DNA from: a bacterium
GTDB taxonomy: Bacteria; UBP14; UBA6098
Reading direction: 5' to 3'
NCBI GenBank assembly: GCA_003645085.1
Contig: QNEE01000002.1
Span: 1 to 46,522 of the forward strand
DNA length: 46,522 bases
Shown here: positions 26,865 to 36,190 of the stretch, in pieces
Numbering within the stretch: the stretch's first letter is position 1
Layout of the letters: each line of letters begins with the position of its first letter
Program-made: the position numbers and the translations under genes
Notes under the pieces: generated by a model
Database searches by the model: none
Told to the model about the DNA's origin: nothing
What the model saw: only the letters and a program-made list of their open reading frames with translations

Positions 26865-28480
26865 TTTTTCGATACGACCTCGACCTCCTCGCCGTGCATT
26901 CTAGCAAGCTCCGCTTTCTGTTCGACATCTTTCACTTTTCTAAGATTAACCTTGGTGCGTCCTTTCTCCTCGAGCTTTTCGATAACAAAATGGCTATCCG
27001 CCCTGCGAGCTATCTGTGGCAGGTGCGTTATAACCAATAGTTGCCGACGTTTGGCTAGTTCCGCTAACGCTTCCCCGACCGCATGGCCGACATCGCCGCC
27101 GATACCGGTGTCAACCTCGTCGAAAACCATAATAGCCGGTGAATCGTCGTCGATTATAAGTGTTTTAAGTGCGAGCATAATGCGCGAAAGCTCCCCACCG
27201 CTGACTATAGACGCCAGCGGGCGAAGTTCCTCACCGGGGTTGGGCGAAATAAGGAATTCTACGCTTTCCGCTCCAGTCGGAAGAAGGGCATAATGGTCGC
27301 CCCCTATCTCGACCGGGCCTTTTGGGTCCGGTTCCATCTTGAAATCGACCCGGAACCTGACATTGTCCATCCCGAGCGGAACGAGAGCTTTAGAAATATC
27401 GGAAGCCAGAACCGGCGCGGCTTTACGGCGGAGTTGCGAAAGGCGCTTCGCGCGCTCGGTCAGGTCCCGAAGCAACGAATCCACCGTGTTCTGTAATTTT
27501 TCCCGTTCGGTTTTCAATTCCTCGATATTCTCCGCTCCTTTTTCCAATTCGTCCCGGTATATTATTAAACTCCGAACGTCCCGGTTGTATTTGCGGCAAA
27601 GCCGCTGGATTAAAGCCTGGCGTCCGCGAAACTGCTCGGCCTCCTCCGGGTCGACATCGACCGATTGGGCCACCTCGTCGGCGGTTCGGCTTGCCTCCGA
27701 CACCGCGACCTGAGCGGTTTCAATCAACTCGATAATGTGCGCGGACTCTTCGACAACGTCGTGAATCCCCCGAATAGCCTTCTCGGCGACGGTTAGGAGG
27801 GATAAAGCGTTCGTATTACTTTCGGTCAGTGCGTCCCGTGCCGCACCTGCGCTAGCGAGTATTCGTTCGGAGGCCTCTATACGCCGCAGTCTTTCGTCGA
27901 TGCTCTCCAATTCGTCGATATCGAGTCCCGCCTCGGTCAATTCGCGTAACTCGAACTCTCTGAGGCGCGCGTTCTCGACGGCTTGTTCTATTTTCCTGTC
28001 GAGTCTTTTTAATTGGGAAACAGCTTCCGTAAAAAGCTCATAGTCCTCTCGATAGGAATCTGCAAGCTCTTTATTGCCGGCGTAAGAATCCAGGAAACCT
28101 ATATGCGAATCCGGGTCGAGAAGTTCCTGGTGCTCATGCTGACCCAGAAGGTCGGCGAACGCGGCGGTTCTCGACTCCAATTCGGATATATTGACCGGTG
28201 AATCGTTTATCCATGCGTAGCTTCTGCCCGACGCTGTGATTTTCCTCCGAATCTCGATTTTCTTCCCGTTTATATCGAACTTCCCCTCAATATTTGTTTC
28301 CGACGTTCCGGTTCGGACTTTTTTCGAATCCGCGCGACCGCCGAGCAGCAGTTCTATCGCTCCGACAACCAGCGTTTTTCCGGCACCCGTTTCTCCGGTA
28401 AGGACCGAAAATCCACCGTCGAGTTCGAGTTCGGCATGCTCGATAATCGCGAGATTATCTATCTTCAATAGCCTTAACAT
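26861..28480 (-). CDS. recN: DNA repair protein RecN
   Basis: LTGETGAGKT, GQHEHQEL, SGGELSRIMLALK, FDEVDTGIGG, ITHLPQIA. Confidence 0.96.
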   Translation of the reverse strand: MLRLLKIDNLAIIEHAELELDGGFSVLTGETGAGKTLVVGAIELLLGGRADSKKVRTGTSETNIEGKFDINGKKIEIRRKITASGRSYAWINDSPVNISELESRTAAFADLLGQHEHQELLDPDSHIGFLDSYAGNKELADSYREDYELFTEAVSQLKRLDRKIEQAVENARLREFELRELTEAGLDIDELESIDERLRRIEASERILASAGAARDALTESNTNALSLLTVAEKAIRGIHDVVEESAHIIELIETAQVAVSEASRTADEVAQSVDVDPEEAEQFRGRQALIQRLCRKYNRDVRSLIIYRDELEKGAENIEELKTEREKLQNTVDSLLRDLTERAKRLSQLRRKAAPVLASDISKALVPLGMDNVRFRVDFKMEPDPKGPVEIGGDHYALLPTGAESVEFLISPNPGEELRPLASIVSGGELSRIMLALKTLIIDDDSPAIMVFDEVDTGIGGDVGHAVGEALAELAKRRQLLVITHLPQIARRADSHFVIEKLEEKGRTKVNLRKVKDVEQKAELARMHGEEVEVVSKK

Positions 28481-28498
28481 AATTTCCCCAAACTAATC

Positions 28499-28527
28499 AT
28501 ATTAAACTTTTATTACATTTATGTCAA
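28499..28527 (-). promoter_or_regulatory. Sigma70-type promoter for recN, TTGACA-17-TAATAT
   Basis: Reverse complement of atatta...tgtcaa with a 17-nt spacer. Confidence 0.65.
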
Positions 28528-28582
28528 GCTAATAAGCGCGAGTTTTATGTTGGTTGTTATCCCGAAAAAAACAAATTCCAAC

Positions 28583-28643
28583 GGGGACCGCCTTTCGATT
28601 TATTGTTACTGACATCAATAATCATCGAAATCGGCGGGTTCCC
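28583..28643. other. Long imperfect inverted repeat between the divergent recN and ktrB
   Basis: ggggaccgcc-tttcgat-ttattg...caataa-tc-atcgaaa-tc-ggcgggttccc. Confidence 0.5.
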
Positions 28644-28798
28644 GATATTTTTCCTGAAAATTAACTTAATTCATTGTATACTATCAGATTATCCTCGGTT
28701 TATGGAGATAGTAACAAAATACAAAATCCTCATAAACCTCTTGCCTAAACCCCGAAATCCACCTAAATTTAGGGAAATTAAACTTACCGGTAATTTCT

Positions 28799-30568
28799 AT
28801 GCGTCGGAAAAACCTCGAAAAGCGACTTAACCTGTTTATGATGCTCATCGCCGCTCTGGCCGTGATTTCGCTCATAGGCAAAAGCGGTTTCGGTTTTTCC
28901 GGCGGAACGGTTCGTGTTTTTTATTATATAGATACATTCATTATTGCGGCGTTTATCGCGAACGCGGTCGCACGGCTTTTTATTGCTCCGAACTGGTGGA
29001 GATATATCAAAAAGCACCCTCTTCAATATATCCTTATTCTGTTGTTTGTCTCCCAGCTTCTAATCGCACAGCTTATACTGACCGATGTTGGCTACAAATA
29101 CATTCTCAATCAGCTTTCGCTCGCCGGGATAACTAAAATATACATTGTCTTAATGCAACTCTACATTCTGGTCGAACTTCTCGCCGAGTTCGGCAGATTG
29201 AATACTCGTTTTGCGAATCTACCGTTGTCTCCCGCCGCGGTTTTCGTATCGAGTTTCCTGATTCTTATTACGGTTGGGACGTTTCTTCTGCTTTTGCCCG
29301 GCGCGACCGGCGATAAAGGGATAAAGTTCATCGACGCTTTATTCACTTCGACATCGGCGACCTGCGTTACCGGCCTTATCGTAGTCTCGACCGAGGACTG
29401 TTTCACGCGGTTCGGGCATATAGTTATATTGATACTAATCCAATTCGGCGGCCTCGGCCTTATGACCTTCGGAACCTTTTTCGCGCTGATTTTCCGAAGG
29501 GAATTCGGATTGAGAGAGAAAACCCTTCTCGGCGATGTTCTCAATGTGCAGGTTTTCGGCAAAATAAAGTCGCTGCTGGCGGCGATAATCGGAATAACTC
29601 TGGTAACCGAGGCTATAGGCGCGGTGCTTATGTATTTTTCCACGGGACCTTATGCCGATAGGATAAATTCGAGGGTTTTTTGGTCGATTTTTCATTCGAT
29701 AAGCGCTTTTTGCAACGCGGGTTTTTCGATATGGAGAGAGAATATCGGCCGGTTTACCGGCGATTGGAAAATGACCTTCATTTTCGCGGGGCTTATTATA
29801 CTCGGCGGACTCGGTTTCGTTGTGCTCGCCGATATCGGTCGATATATAATTAGCCCCTGGCGTTATAAAAGGCGTAAAATCCCGCATTTCAGCCTACAAA
29901 CGAGAGTCGTCGTTACGACTACCATGTTCCTGATTTTCGTCGGGATGTTTCTACTTATTGCGGGAGATACAAACAACCAGTTACGTCGCTTCGGTTGGCC
30001 GGTAACGCTCCTGACCGCATTTTTCCAATCGGTTACCGCGAGGACCGCCGGTTTCAATACAGTGAATATCGGTGCCCTTGCGGTCGGGCAGCTTCTCGTT
30101 TTGATAATTCTTATGTTTATCGGGGCGTCCCCCGGTTCGACCGGCGGCGGCATAAAAACGACTACTATCGCCTCCGTCCTGGGCTCTATACCGGACAAAC
30201 TCAGAGGGAGAAACCGGGTCAGTATGTTCGGGAGGACCTTGCCAGCAGGTATAGCCAGAGTCGCTGCGATGATAATTGTGCTTGCGCTCGGGATAATCTC
30301 GCTGGCTACATATTTACTTTGCACATTCGAGCTGGCGAAACACCCGGACTGGCGTTTTATCGATATTCTATTCGAGGTTACAAGCGCGTTCGGAACTGTA
30401 GGCCTTTCGACCGGGCACACATTCGACCTTTCGGCCGCAAGCAAACTCGTATTGATATTTACTATGTTTCTCGGGCGGGTCGGGCCGCTTACATTCCTGT
30501 TCGCAGTCTCGCGACACGTCAAACCGAAACGAATAGAGAACGTAGAAGAAAGCATTATGGTGGGGTAA
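28799..30568 (+). CDS. ktrB: TrkH/KtrB K+ uptake membrane subunit with an additional N-terminal membrane domain
   Basis: FTSTSATCVTGL, SAFCNAGFS, SVTARTAGFNT, IGASPGSTGGGIKTTT, SAFGTVGLSTG, GRVGPLT. Confidence 0.92.
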   Translation: MRRKNLEKRLNLFMMLIAALAVISLIGKSGFGFSGGTVRVFYYIDTFIIAAFIANAVARLFIAPNWWRYIKKHPLQYILILLFVSQLLIAQLILTDVGYKYILNQLSLAGITKIYIVLMQLYILVELLAEFGRLNTRFANLPLSPAAVFVSSFLILITVGTFLLLLPGATGDKGIKFIDALFTSTSATCVTGLIVVSTEDCFTRFGHIVILILIQFGGLGLMTFGTFFALIFRREFGLREKTLLGDVLNVQVFGKIKSLLAAIIGITLVTEAIGAVLMYFSTGPYADRINSRVFWSIFHSISAFCNAGFSIWRENIGRFTGDWKMTFIFAGLIILGGLGFVVLADIGRYIISPWRYKRRKIPHFSLQTRVVVTTTMFLIFVGMFLLIAGDTNNQLRRFGWPVTLLTAFFQSVTARTAGFNTVNIGALAVGQLLVLIILMFIGASPGSTGGGIKTTTIASVLGSIPDKLRGRNRVSMFGRTLPAGIARVAAMIIVLALGIISLATYLLCTFELAKHPDWRFIDILFEVTSAFGTVGLSTGHTFDLSAASKLVLIFTMFLGRVGPLTFLFAVSRHVKPKRIENVEESIMVG

Positions 30569-30583
30569 CCGAAATGTAATAAT

Positions 30584-30709
30584 ATGACATTAGTGCAATA
30601 TAAAAAGGCATTTAAGAAACTCAAGAAGAAAGGCCGGGTAGAAAGCCACAGGAAAGGGCCGACTGGCATAGGACACATGTTCGAATTACTCATTGGATTA
30701 AACGCATAA
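30584..30709 (+). pseudogene. N-terminal stub (41 aa) of an MvaI/BcnI-family restriction endonuclease
   Basis: MTLVQYKKAFKKLKKKGRVESHRKGPTGIGHMFELLIGLNA* resembles the MvaI/BcnI N-terminal R.G.TG.G.T.E..LG pattern. Confidence 0.62.
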
Positions 30710-30711
30710 TT

Positions 30712-30912
30712 ATAGAGATTTGCAACGAGTGTGGTCAAAGCGTAGAATGGGGTTCCGGGCTTTTTGTTAATGGGGTAGCGGATTTCAACGACGACGAAAT
30801 AAGGAAAGAGATGAGGAAGCCTTTCCCAGAGGGAGATTTTATTTGTCCTGAATGTGAAGAGGTAATAAGAGAAAACTTCAAACCGGAGCAGAATAAGAGA
30901 TGCTGGAAATAA
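30712..30912 (+). pseudogene. Small zinc-ribbon-like ORF lacking a canonical start
   Basis: IEICNECGQSVEWGSGLFVNGVADFNDDEIRKEMRKPFPEGDFICPECEEVIRE...* (CxxC...CxxC); overlaps the next start. Confidence 0.5.
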
Positions 30913-31919
30913 GAGAATCACAGATTGAAGACATTTTTGCTACCCAATTAGACGAAGTTAAGGGGCTTCTCTCTTTAAAAGATAACGTTTCCCTGATTGA
31001 AAGGCAAAAGATATTACCTTCTGGCAACAGATTAGATTTGCTTTTCCTTTCGGCTTCTAATCTAATATTAGTCGAATTAAAAGCGGTAAAAAGCGAGATT
31101 AAATTCTGTGAGCAGATAATCGGATATAGGGATGAATTGGTCGAGTTACAAGAAAAGGGAAAGCTACCACGTTTACCGTTAATATCATATTTAGCTTGTC
31201 CGATTATTTTAGGCCCCCACAAGGATTTTTGCGTTAAAAACGATATAATCCCCATTCAGTATTCCCCATACGAATTATTGAAAAATTATTACTTCAAAGT
31301 TAAAGCAATATCCAAGTTAATAACGTTAAAACCTTCTAACCACGGGCTGTGGGATCTCCATTTATTGAACCGAATCTTATATTCTATCGGAAGTGGAACG
31401 ACTATCGAGAAATTAACGAAACCAACTGAGTTATCAAGAAGCACTGTCAGGAGCTATCTCAGGTTATCAAGTGAATTAGGTCTTACGAAAACTAGACCGA
31501 AAGTTACTCTAACAGAATTGGGAAAGGAATACGTAGATAATATAGAACGGGACAAGCCGATAAATTATATAAGCGATATCCAAACGGATATAATAAAGGA
31601 ATATATTACAACTAATCCATTCGGTAGCCCTGCGATATTCGGGATATATTCTGCAGTCGAGACGGTTTTCGCGTTATCAAAAAATTTCTACCCAGTGCCT
31701 CTTAAAGAAGCTATTATTTGCTTCAGGTATTTAACGGGGAAACAGAGCGAGTGGTCAGGAAAGGCCGCAAAGGACGCTTTTATTATGTATTCTAACTATT
31801 GTATCGACTTAGGTCTTTTAGCGAAAATCGACAGGGATTATTATATAACGCCAAGCGGAATTAGGTTTATCCTATTACTCGAACTAAACAAATCAATTCT
31901 ATTCGTCAATTCACTATGA
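30900..31919 (+). CDS. NucS/PD-(D/E)xK-like nuclease domain fused to tandem winged-helix-like domains
   Basis: ESQIED...ERQ...RLDLLF...LVELK; C-terminal STVRSYLRLSSELGL...LTELG and YSNYCIDLGLL...YITPSG. Confidence 0.6.
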   Translation: MLEIRESQIEDIFATQLDEVKGLLSLKDNVSLIERQKILPSGNRLDLLFLSASNLILVELKAVKSEIKFCEQIIGYRDELVELQEKGKLPRLPLISYLACPIILGPHKDFCVKNDIIPIQYSPYELLKNYYFKVKAISKLITLKPSNHGLWDLHLLNRILYSIGSGTTIEKLTKPTELSRSTVRSYLRLSSELGLTKTRPKVTLTELGKEYVDNIERDKPINYISDIQTDIIKEYITTNPFGSPAIFGIYSAVETVFALSKNFYPVPLKEAIICFRYLTGKQSEWSGKAAKDAFIMYSNYCIDLGLLAKIDRDYYITPSGIRFILLLELNKSILFVNSL

Positions 31920-32491
31920 ACCGTTCTATCGGTATCCCGCCAGAAGAATGCGTCGAACCTTCAAGCGTCGATATCGTTATTACATCCCCGCTTTACGGCG
32001 ATTCGCGCACGACGGTCGCCTACGGCCAATATTCGAGATTATCAGCCGCTTGGCTCGGCCTCGGAGAACCGGCCAAGGTCGATAATAGGCTAATGGGCGG
32101 TCGCAAACAAAAATCGATTCCCAAGTATCCTTGCGAGGCTCTAAACACCGCGATTGCCAAAATTGCGGCGAAAGATGAAAAACGTTCTTATGATGTCGTC
32201 GCTTTCTACTCGGATTATCTCTCATCGATAAGAAATGTGGCCGAGACTGTAAAGCGTGGCGGCTATGCCTGCTATGTCGTTGCCAATCGGCGGGTGAAAG
32301 GCGTCACGCTACCGACAGACAAGGCTACAGAGACATTTTTCGCCGAACAAGGCTTCGACCATATCGATACATATCGGCGTGAAATCCCAAATAAAAGGAT
32401 GCCCCTGCGGAACAGCCCCACGAACGAGCCGGGGAAAGTTGATAAAACGATGCGCAATGAGTTTATCGTGGTAATGAGGAAGGAATTCTAA
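31916..32491 (+). pseudogene. C-terminal remnant of an N4-cytosine DNA methyltransferase (M.MvaI-like), catalytic SPPY read as SPLY
   Basis: DIVITSPLYGDSRTTVAYGQYSRLS, YVVANRRVKG, REIPNKRMP..NSPTN..G....TM..EFIVV; no SAM-binding FxGxG motif in the 191 aa. Confidence 0.72.
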
Positions 32492-32549
32492 TGTTATCTT
32501 TTATTATCATAATCAATATTGAACCTGTAACCTATTTTATGCGGTAATC

Positions 32550-33218
32550 ATGAAAAAAACACTAATAGTCGGAGCGGGTAGATTCGGATATACCACCGCC
32601 AACCGACTTTCCGAACTTGGCGCCGAAGTGGTCGTTATCGACAAGAACGAAAAACGCTTATCGGCTTTAAAAAGTCTTGTCTCTAATACGCTTATTCTCG
32701 ATGCTATCGACCGCGACGCGTTCGCTTCCGAGATAGAAACTGGAAACTTCGATGCCGGCGTGGTGGCTATCGGCGACGATTTCTCCACCGCGTTGCTTGC
32801 AGCCCTATATATGAAACAGGGCGGTATTCCCTATATCGTCGCGCGGGCGTCCAATCCGAAACAGGCCAAAATATTTCGCAAAATTGGAGTGGAACTCGTA
32901 GTTATGCCCGAGGACGATATGGGCCACAGGCTGGCGGAAAAACTTATATTAAAAGAATCCGAACAAATCGACCTTTCGCCCGACACTTCCATTGTTCGAG
33001 TGGTCGCCCCGCCGGGATTTATCGGGAAAAAACTGGGTGAAATTAATTTCGCCGAGAAGGGTTTCAATTTCCTTTTTGTGGCGCGAAAATATACCGACCA
33101 GGGGTTTGTGAAGATGGCCTTTCCAGACGAGACAGATTTCGAGGTCGCGGAGAACGATTACCTCCTTTTTAGCGGAGATACGCGCAGGATAGCCGCTTTT
33201 TTGGAGTCTGCCAGTTGA
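32550..33218 (+). CDS. ktrA: TrkA/KtrA-family K+ uptake RCK subunit (second copy)
   Basis: IVGAGRFG, FDAGVVAIGDDF, IVARA, IGVELVVMPEDDMGHRLA. Confidence 0.88.
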   Translation: MKKTLIVGAGRFGYTTANRLSELGAEVVVIDKNEKRLSALKSLVSNTLILDAIDRDAFASEIETGNFDAGVVAIGDDFSTALLAALYMKQGGIPYIVARASNPKQAKIFRKIGVELVVMPEDDMGHRLAEKLILKESEQIDLSPDTSIVRVVAPPGFIGKKLGEINFAEKGFNFLFVARKYTDQGFVKMAFPDETDFEVAENDYLLFSGDTRRIAAFLESAS

Positions 33219-34633
33219 TACGATTCCTGGCCGAAAGATGCAATCTCTGCGGTGGGTGTATTCCGATTTGCCCCGTCGACGCTATTTCTCTCCGAAATGG
33301 CCGACTCGATTTTTCCGAAAACTGCACAGATTGCGGGCTTTGTGTGCCGATTTGTCCCCACGGCGCATTGCTCGATGAAAACGAAACTTCACGGGAATGG
33401 CCTGAAATCCGGCCGTTGCACGATTTCTACGATATCGTCGTCATAGGCGGAGGTCCGGCCGGCTCGACCGCGGCGAGAAAGGCCTCGGAAACCGGAGCGA
33501 GCGTCCTGCTTATCGAAAAAAAGCGTGTCGTCGGTATTCCTCAGTTATGTGGCGAAGGTATTAGCCGCTCCGGTCTTACTCGGGTCCTACCCGATATCCG
33601 CGAAAACTGGGTCGCGGCACCTATCGAGGGCGCCATTCTCGTCTCGCCGCGCGGCAATCGAACGACTGTCAAACACCCGAACGCCGGGTATGTCCTCGAA
33701 CGACGAGTATTCGACCGCGACCTGTTCGGGATGGCCGCCGATTCCGGCGCACGGACTCTGATAAATGCGGAGACCACTGGACTTATCTGGGAGGACGACC
33801 ACATCGTCGGAGTCGAATTCGATTACAGAGCGAGGAGACGGCAGGTTTTCGGCAGGATACTAATCGCCGCCGACGGCATAGAATCCGCGGTTGCAAGATG
33901 GCTTTTCCATGATAATCGCCTGACCGAAAGCGACATTCATACCGCTGCACAGGTCGTTATGTCTGGCGTCGAGGTCGAGGTAGGTTTCCCGGAGTTTCAT
34001 ATTGGAAGAAAAATAGCGCCGGGCGGATATGCATGGATTTTCCCTAAAGGAACCCGGCGAGCCAATGTCGGTCTCGGTATCAATCCGTCTTTACCCGAGG
34101 CTAGAAAAGCGACCGCCTGGCAAATGCTGTCGAATTTCATAGAAAAAAGGTTCGGTGGCGAGGGCGAGATAATCGAGATTGCCGGCGGTAACGTCCCGAC
34201 TGCACGGCGGTTGCCGCGTATCGCCTACCGGAATATTATGTTCGTTGGAGACGCCGGACGGTTAACCGACCCCGTTTCTGGCGGTGGAATCGCGACGGCT
34301 TTGCTTTCCGGGGCGATAGCAGGTAGTCTTGCTGCGGAATCCCTTAAATGGAAAACCCCGGAGCAACTCGAAAGCGCACTCGGGGCCTATTCGAATATCT
34401 GGGATAAGGCTAGAGGAAAACAGCTTGCCTTTTATTCGAGAGCCAAAGAGGTCTATTCGCGTCTGCCCGACCCCGAATTAGAAAGCATCTGCCGGTTTAT
34501 AGATGAGCGCTTCGGGCACGGTAGCTACGATGGTATCGATATTCCGGGAACGCTTAAAGCTATCCTTCGCCGCAGAGGCCTTCTCTGGCAACTATTCAAA
34601 GCCCTTTTTCCGGGAACCGGCAGGTCTATTTAG
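33215..34633 (+). CDS. Geranylgeranyl reductase-family flavoprotein with N-terminal 2x[4Fe-4S] ferredoxin fusion
   Basis: CNLCGGCIPICP, CTDCGLCVPICP; VIGGGPAGS, CGEGIS, APGGYAWIFPKG, ANVGLG, VGDAG..DP.SGGGI. Confidence 0.85.
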   Translation: MIRFLAERCNLCGGCIPICPVDAISLRNGRLDFSENCTDCGLCVPICPHGALLDENETSREWPEIRPLHDFYDIVVIGGGPAGSTAARKASETGASVLLIEKKRVVGIPQLCGEGISRSGLTRVLPDIRENWVAAPIEGAILVSPRGNRTTVKHPNAGYVLERRVFDRDLFGMAADSGARTLINAETTGLIWEDDHIVGVEFDYRARRRQVFGRILIAADGIESAVARWLFHDNRLTESDIHTAAQVVMSGVEVEVGFPEFHIGRKIAPGGYAWIFPKGTRRANVGLGINPSLPEARKATAWQMLSNFIEKRFGGEGEIIEIAGGNVPTARRLPRIAYRNIMFVGDAGRLTDPVSGGGIATALLSGAIAGSLAAESLKWKTPEQLESALGAYSNIWDKARGKQLAFYSRAKEVYSRLPDPELESICRFIDERFGHGSYDGIDIPGTLKAILRRRGLLWQLFKALFPGTGRSI

Positions 34634-34898
34634 CTTCTTTTTGTTTTTTTATATGCGCAGCAATACGGGACTTATACCGCGCCGCAGTTCGCTTATGAAT
34701 AACCCGCTTCTTGGCTGCTTTATCGACAACACTATAAAAGTGAGACAAAGTTCCGTCGGTTGCTTCCGGGGTCTTTTCCGCACGGATAGAGCGCATTACA
34801 TCACGCAAATACCCCTTAACAATGCGGTTCTTTTCCCGCTTGCGCTTGTCTTGCCTCGCCCTCTTTTCTGCAGATTTGTTTATCTGTGTATTCGGCAC
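34626..34898 (-). CDS. rpsT: 30S ribosomal protein S20
   Basis: PNTQINKSAEKRARQ...NR..K...VDKAAKKRVIHKRTAARYKSRI; GTG start with AAGGAG SD. Confidence 0.95.
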   Translation of the reverse strand: MPNTQINKSAEKRARQDKRKREKNRIVKGYLRDVMRSIRAEKTPEATDGTLSHFYSVVDKAAKKRVIHKRTAARYKSRIAAHIKKQKEAK

Positions 34899-34989
34899 AA
34901 ATTACTCCTTCCAAACCTTCCGGGTCTATTATTCTATTCTATGATTTACAGTGGATTATTTTTTCAATGTTTCGCAATCTAAACCCGAA

Positions 34990-35370
34990 TCAGTCTTCTT
35001 CCTCTTTTTTGCTCTTTTTCGCGCTTATCGCGCGTTCGGCCATCTCGGTAATCTTCTCGACCGTCATAGGTATCGCTTTAGCGAAACTACCGACTCTGTC
35101 TGGTTTGATGGGTAGCAGATTGACTTCCTCTCCGTGAACGACCAGAAAAGCGATTGGCTCGACAGAGAATCCGCCGCCGCCACCACCGCCTTTATCGGCG
35201 CGTTTTTCTCCGGAACCCTCGTTGCCGCCGGCGCCGAAACCGACACCGATTTTGCACACTGGGACTATCGTATTGCCCCCGAATTCTATCGGGTCGCCGA
35301 TAATCGTTTTTGCTTTGGCTACAACCTCGACCTTGTCGAGAATAACCTTCAAAATGTCTTCCGCGAACAT
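34990..35370 (-). CDS. ytfJ: GerW/YtfJ-family protein
   Basis: KTIIGDPIE...TIVPVCKIGVGFGAGG...GGGGGG.SVEPIAFLVV; start moved to ATG 35370 (AGGAGA SD). Confidence 0.85.
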   Translation of the reverse strand: MFAEDILKVILDKVEVVAKAKTIIGDPIEFGGNTIVPVCKIGVGFGAGGNEGSGEKRADKGGGGGGGFSVEPIAFLVVHGEEVNLLPIKPDRVGSFAKAIPMTVEKITEMAERAISAKKSKKEEED

Positions 35371-35397
35371 ATTATCTCCTTTCTCGATAATCACTGG

Positions 35398-36135
35398 TTA
35401 CGTTTCTACACCTACAGGTCTGGTTTCTAACGCCGGCACGACACCCGCTTTCTTTTCGGTTTTCGTTATAGCTTTATAGTTTCTATAAAATCTGTAAAGG
35501 TCGCGTTTCGGAAGCCGGCATAACGCTCTGACAACAGGAAGTAAGACCGCGCGAAATATATTATCCGCAAAGCTAATCTCCGCAGAATAACGCCATTCCG
35601 CGTTTGGATTAAAATCGTAACCGACAGACCAACCGAACGACTCCGGCAACCAGCTTTCCAGCGCGCACAACCAGCCATAAAGTGTGCCGGCTCGCGCTGG
35701 TTGGCCGTTTCCGATAGTCAAATACAGAGATATCTTCGTAATTTTAACGCTGGCAAAAGCCTCGACCAGCATTCTCAAAACGATAATAGCCGATTTCAAT
35801 AAAACCAACCGACGCTCGAACCAGAAAAATGCCGTGGGAGCTGTTTTCGTCGCTTTTTTCTTTTTCCGTTTCTTTTCAGCTTTTTCAGCCCTACGCGCCT
35901 TAAGCTGCGCTTTCTTTTCTTTTTTAGGTTCTTTGTGTTTGAATTTCCACCATAGAAAACCGGAGTGTTTTCCCTCCGGTGTTTTTTCCGCCCAATAACC
36001 TAGATAGTTAAACCTTAAAAACCATGCAGAATCGTCTAAGCTAACCGTAAATCGCGCCGGCGCAAGAAACACTGTAAGCAAAACCGCAAAGAACAAAACC
36101 GGAACGGTAATTAATATGTATATTATAGCGGACAT
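35398..36135 (-). CDS. DUF2953-domain protein (usual ytfJ neighbour)
   Basis: N-terminal TM, Lys-rich linker, GNGQPARAGTLYGWL motif. Confidence 0.6.
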   Translation of the reverse strand: MSAIIYILITVPVLFFAVLLTVFLAPARFTVSLDDSAWFLRFNYLGYWAEKTPEGKHSGFLWWKFKHKEPKKEKKAQLKARRAEKAEKKRKKKKATKTAPTAFFWFERRLVLLKSAIIVLRMLVEAFASVKITKISLYLTIGNGQPARAGTLYGWLCALESWLPESFGWSVGYDFNPNAEWRYSAEISFADNIFRAVLLPVVRALCRLPKRDLYRFYRNYKAITKTEKKAGVVPALETRPVGVET

Positions 36136-36161
36136 TAACCCCTATTTCCAATCACCCGCTA

Positions 36162-36190
36162 AAAGTATATATCAAAATAGCTTCTGTCAA
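36162..36190 (-). promoter_or_regulatory. Sigma70-type promoter TTGACA-17-TACTTT
   Basis: Reverse complement of aaagta...tgtcaa upstream of the DUF2953 gene. Confidence 0.55.

Noticed and set aside
28490-28505. CTAA-N5-TTAA overlapping the recN -10 as an SOS box
   Set aside because: An imperfect single match in AT-rich DNA, and the LexA motif of this lineage is unknown.
28530-28798. c-di-AMP (ydaO) riboswitch upstream of ktrB
   Set aside because: The conserved ydaO sequence blocks are not recognisable; only a generic hairpin is present.
30565-32535. Target-site duplication (GTAACC) flanking the R-M remnant island
   Set aside because: A 6-bp match is too short, and the island edges are not defined precisely enough to support it.
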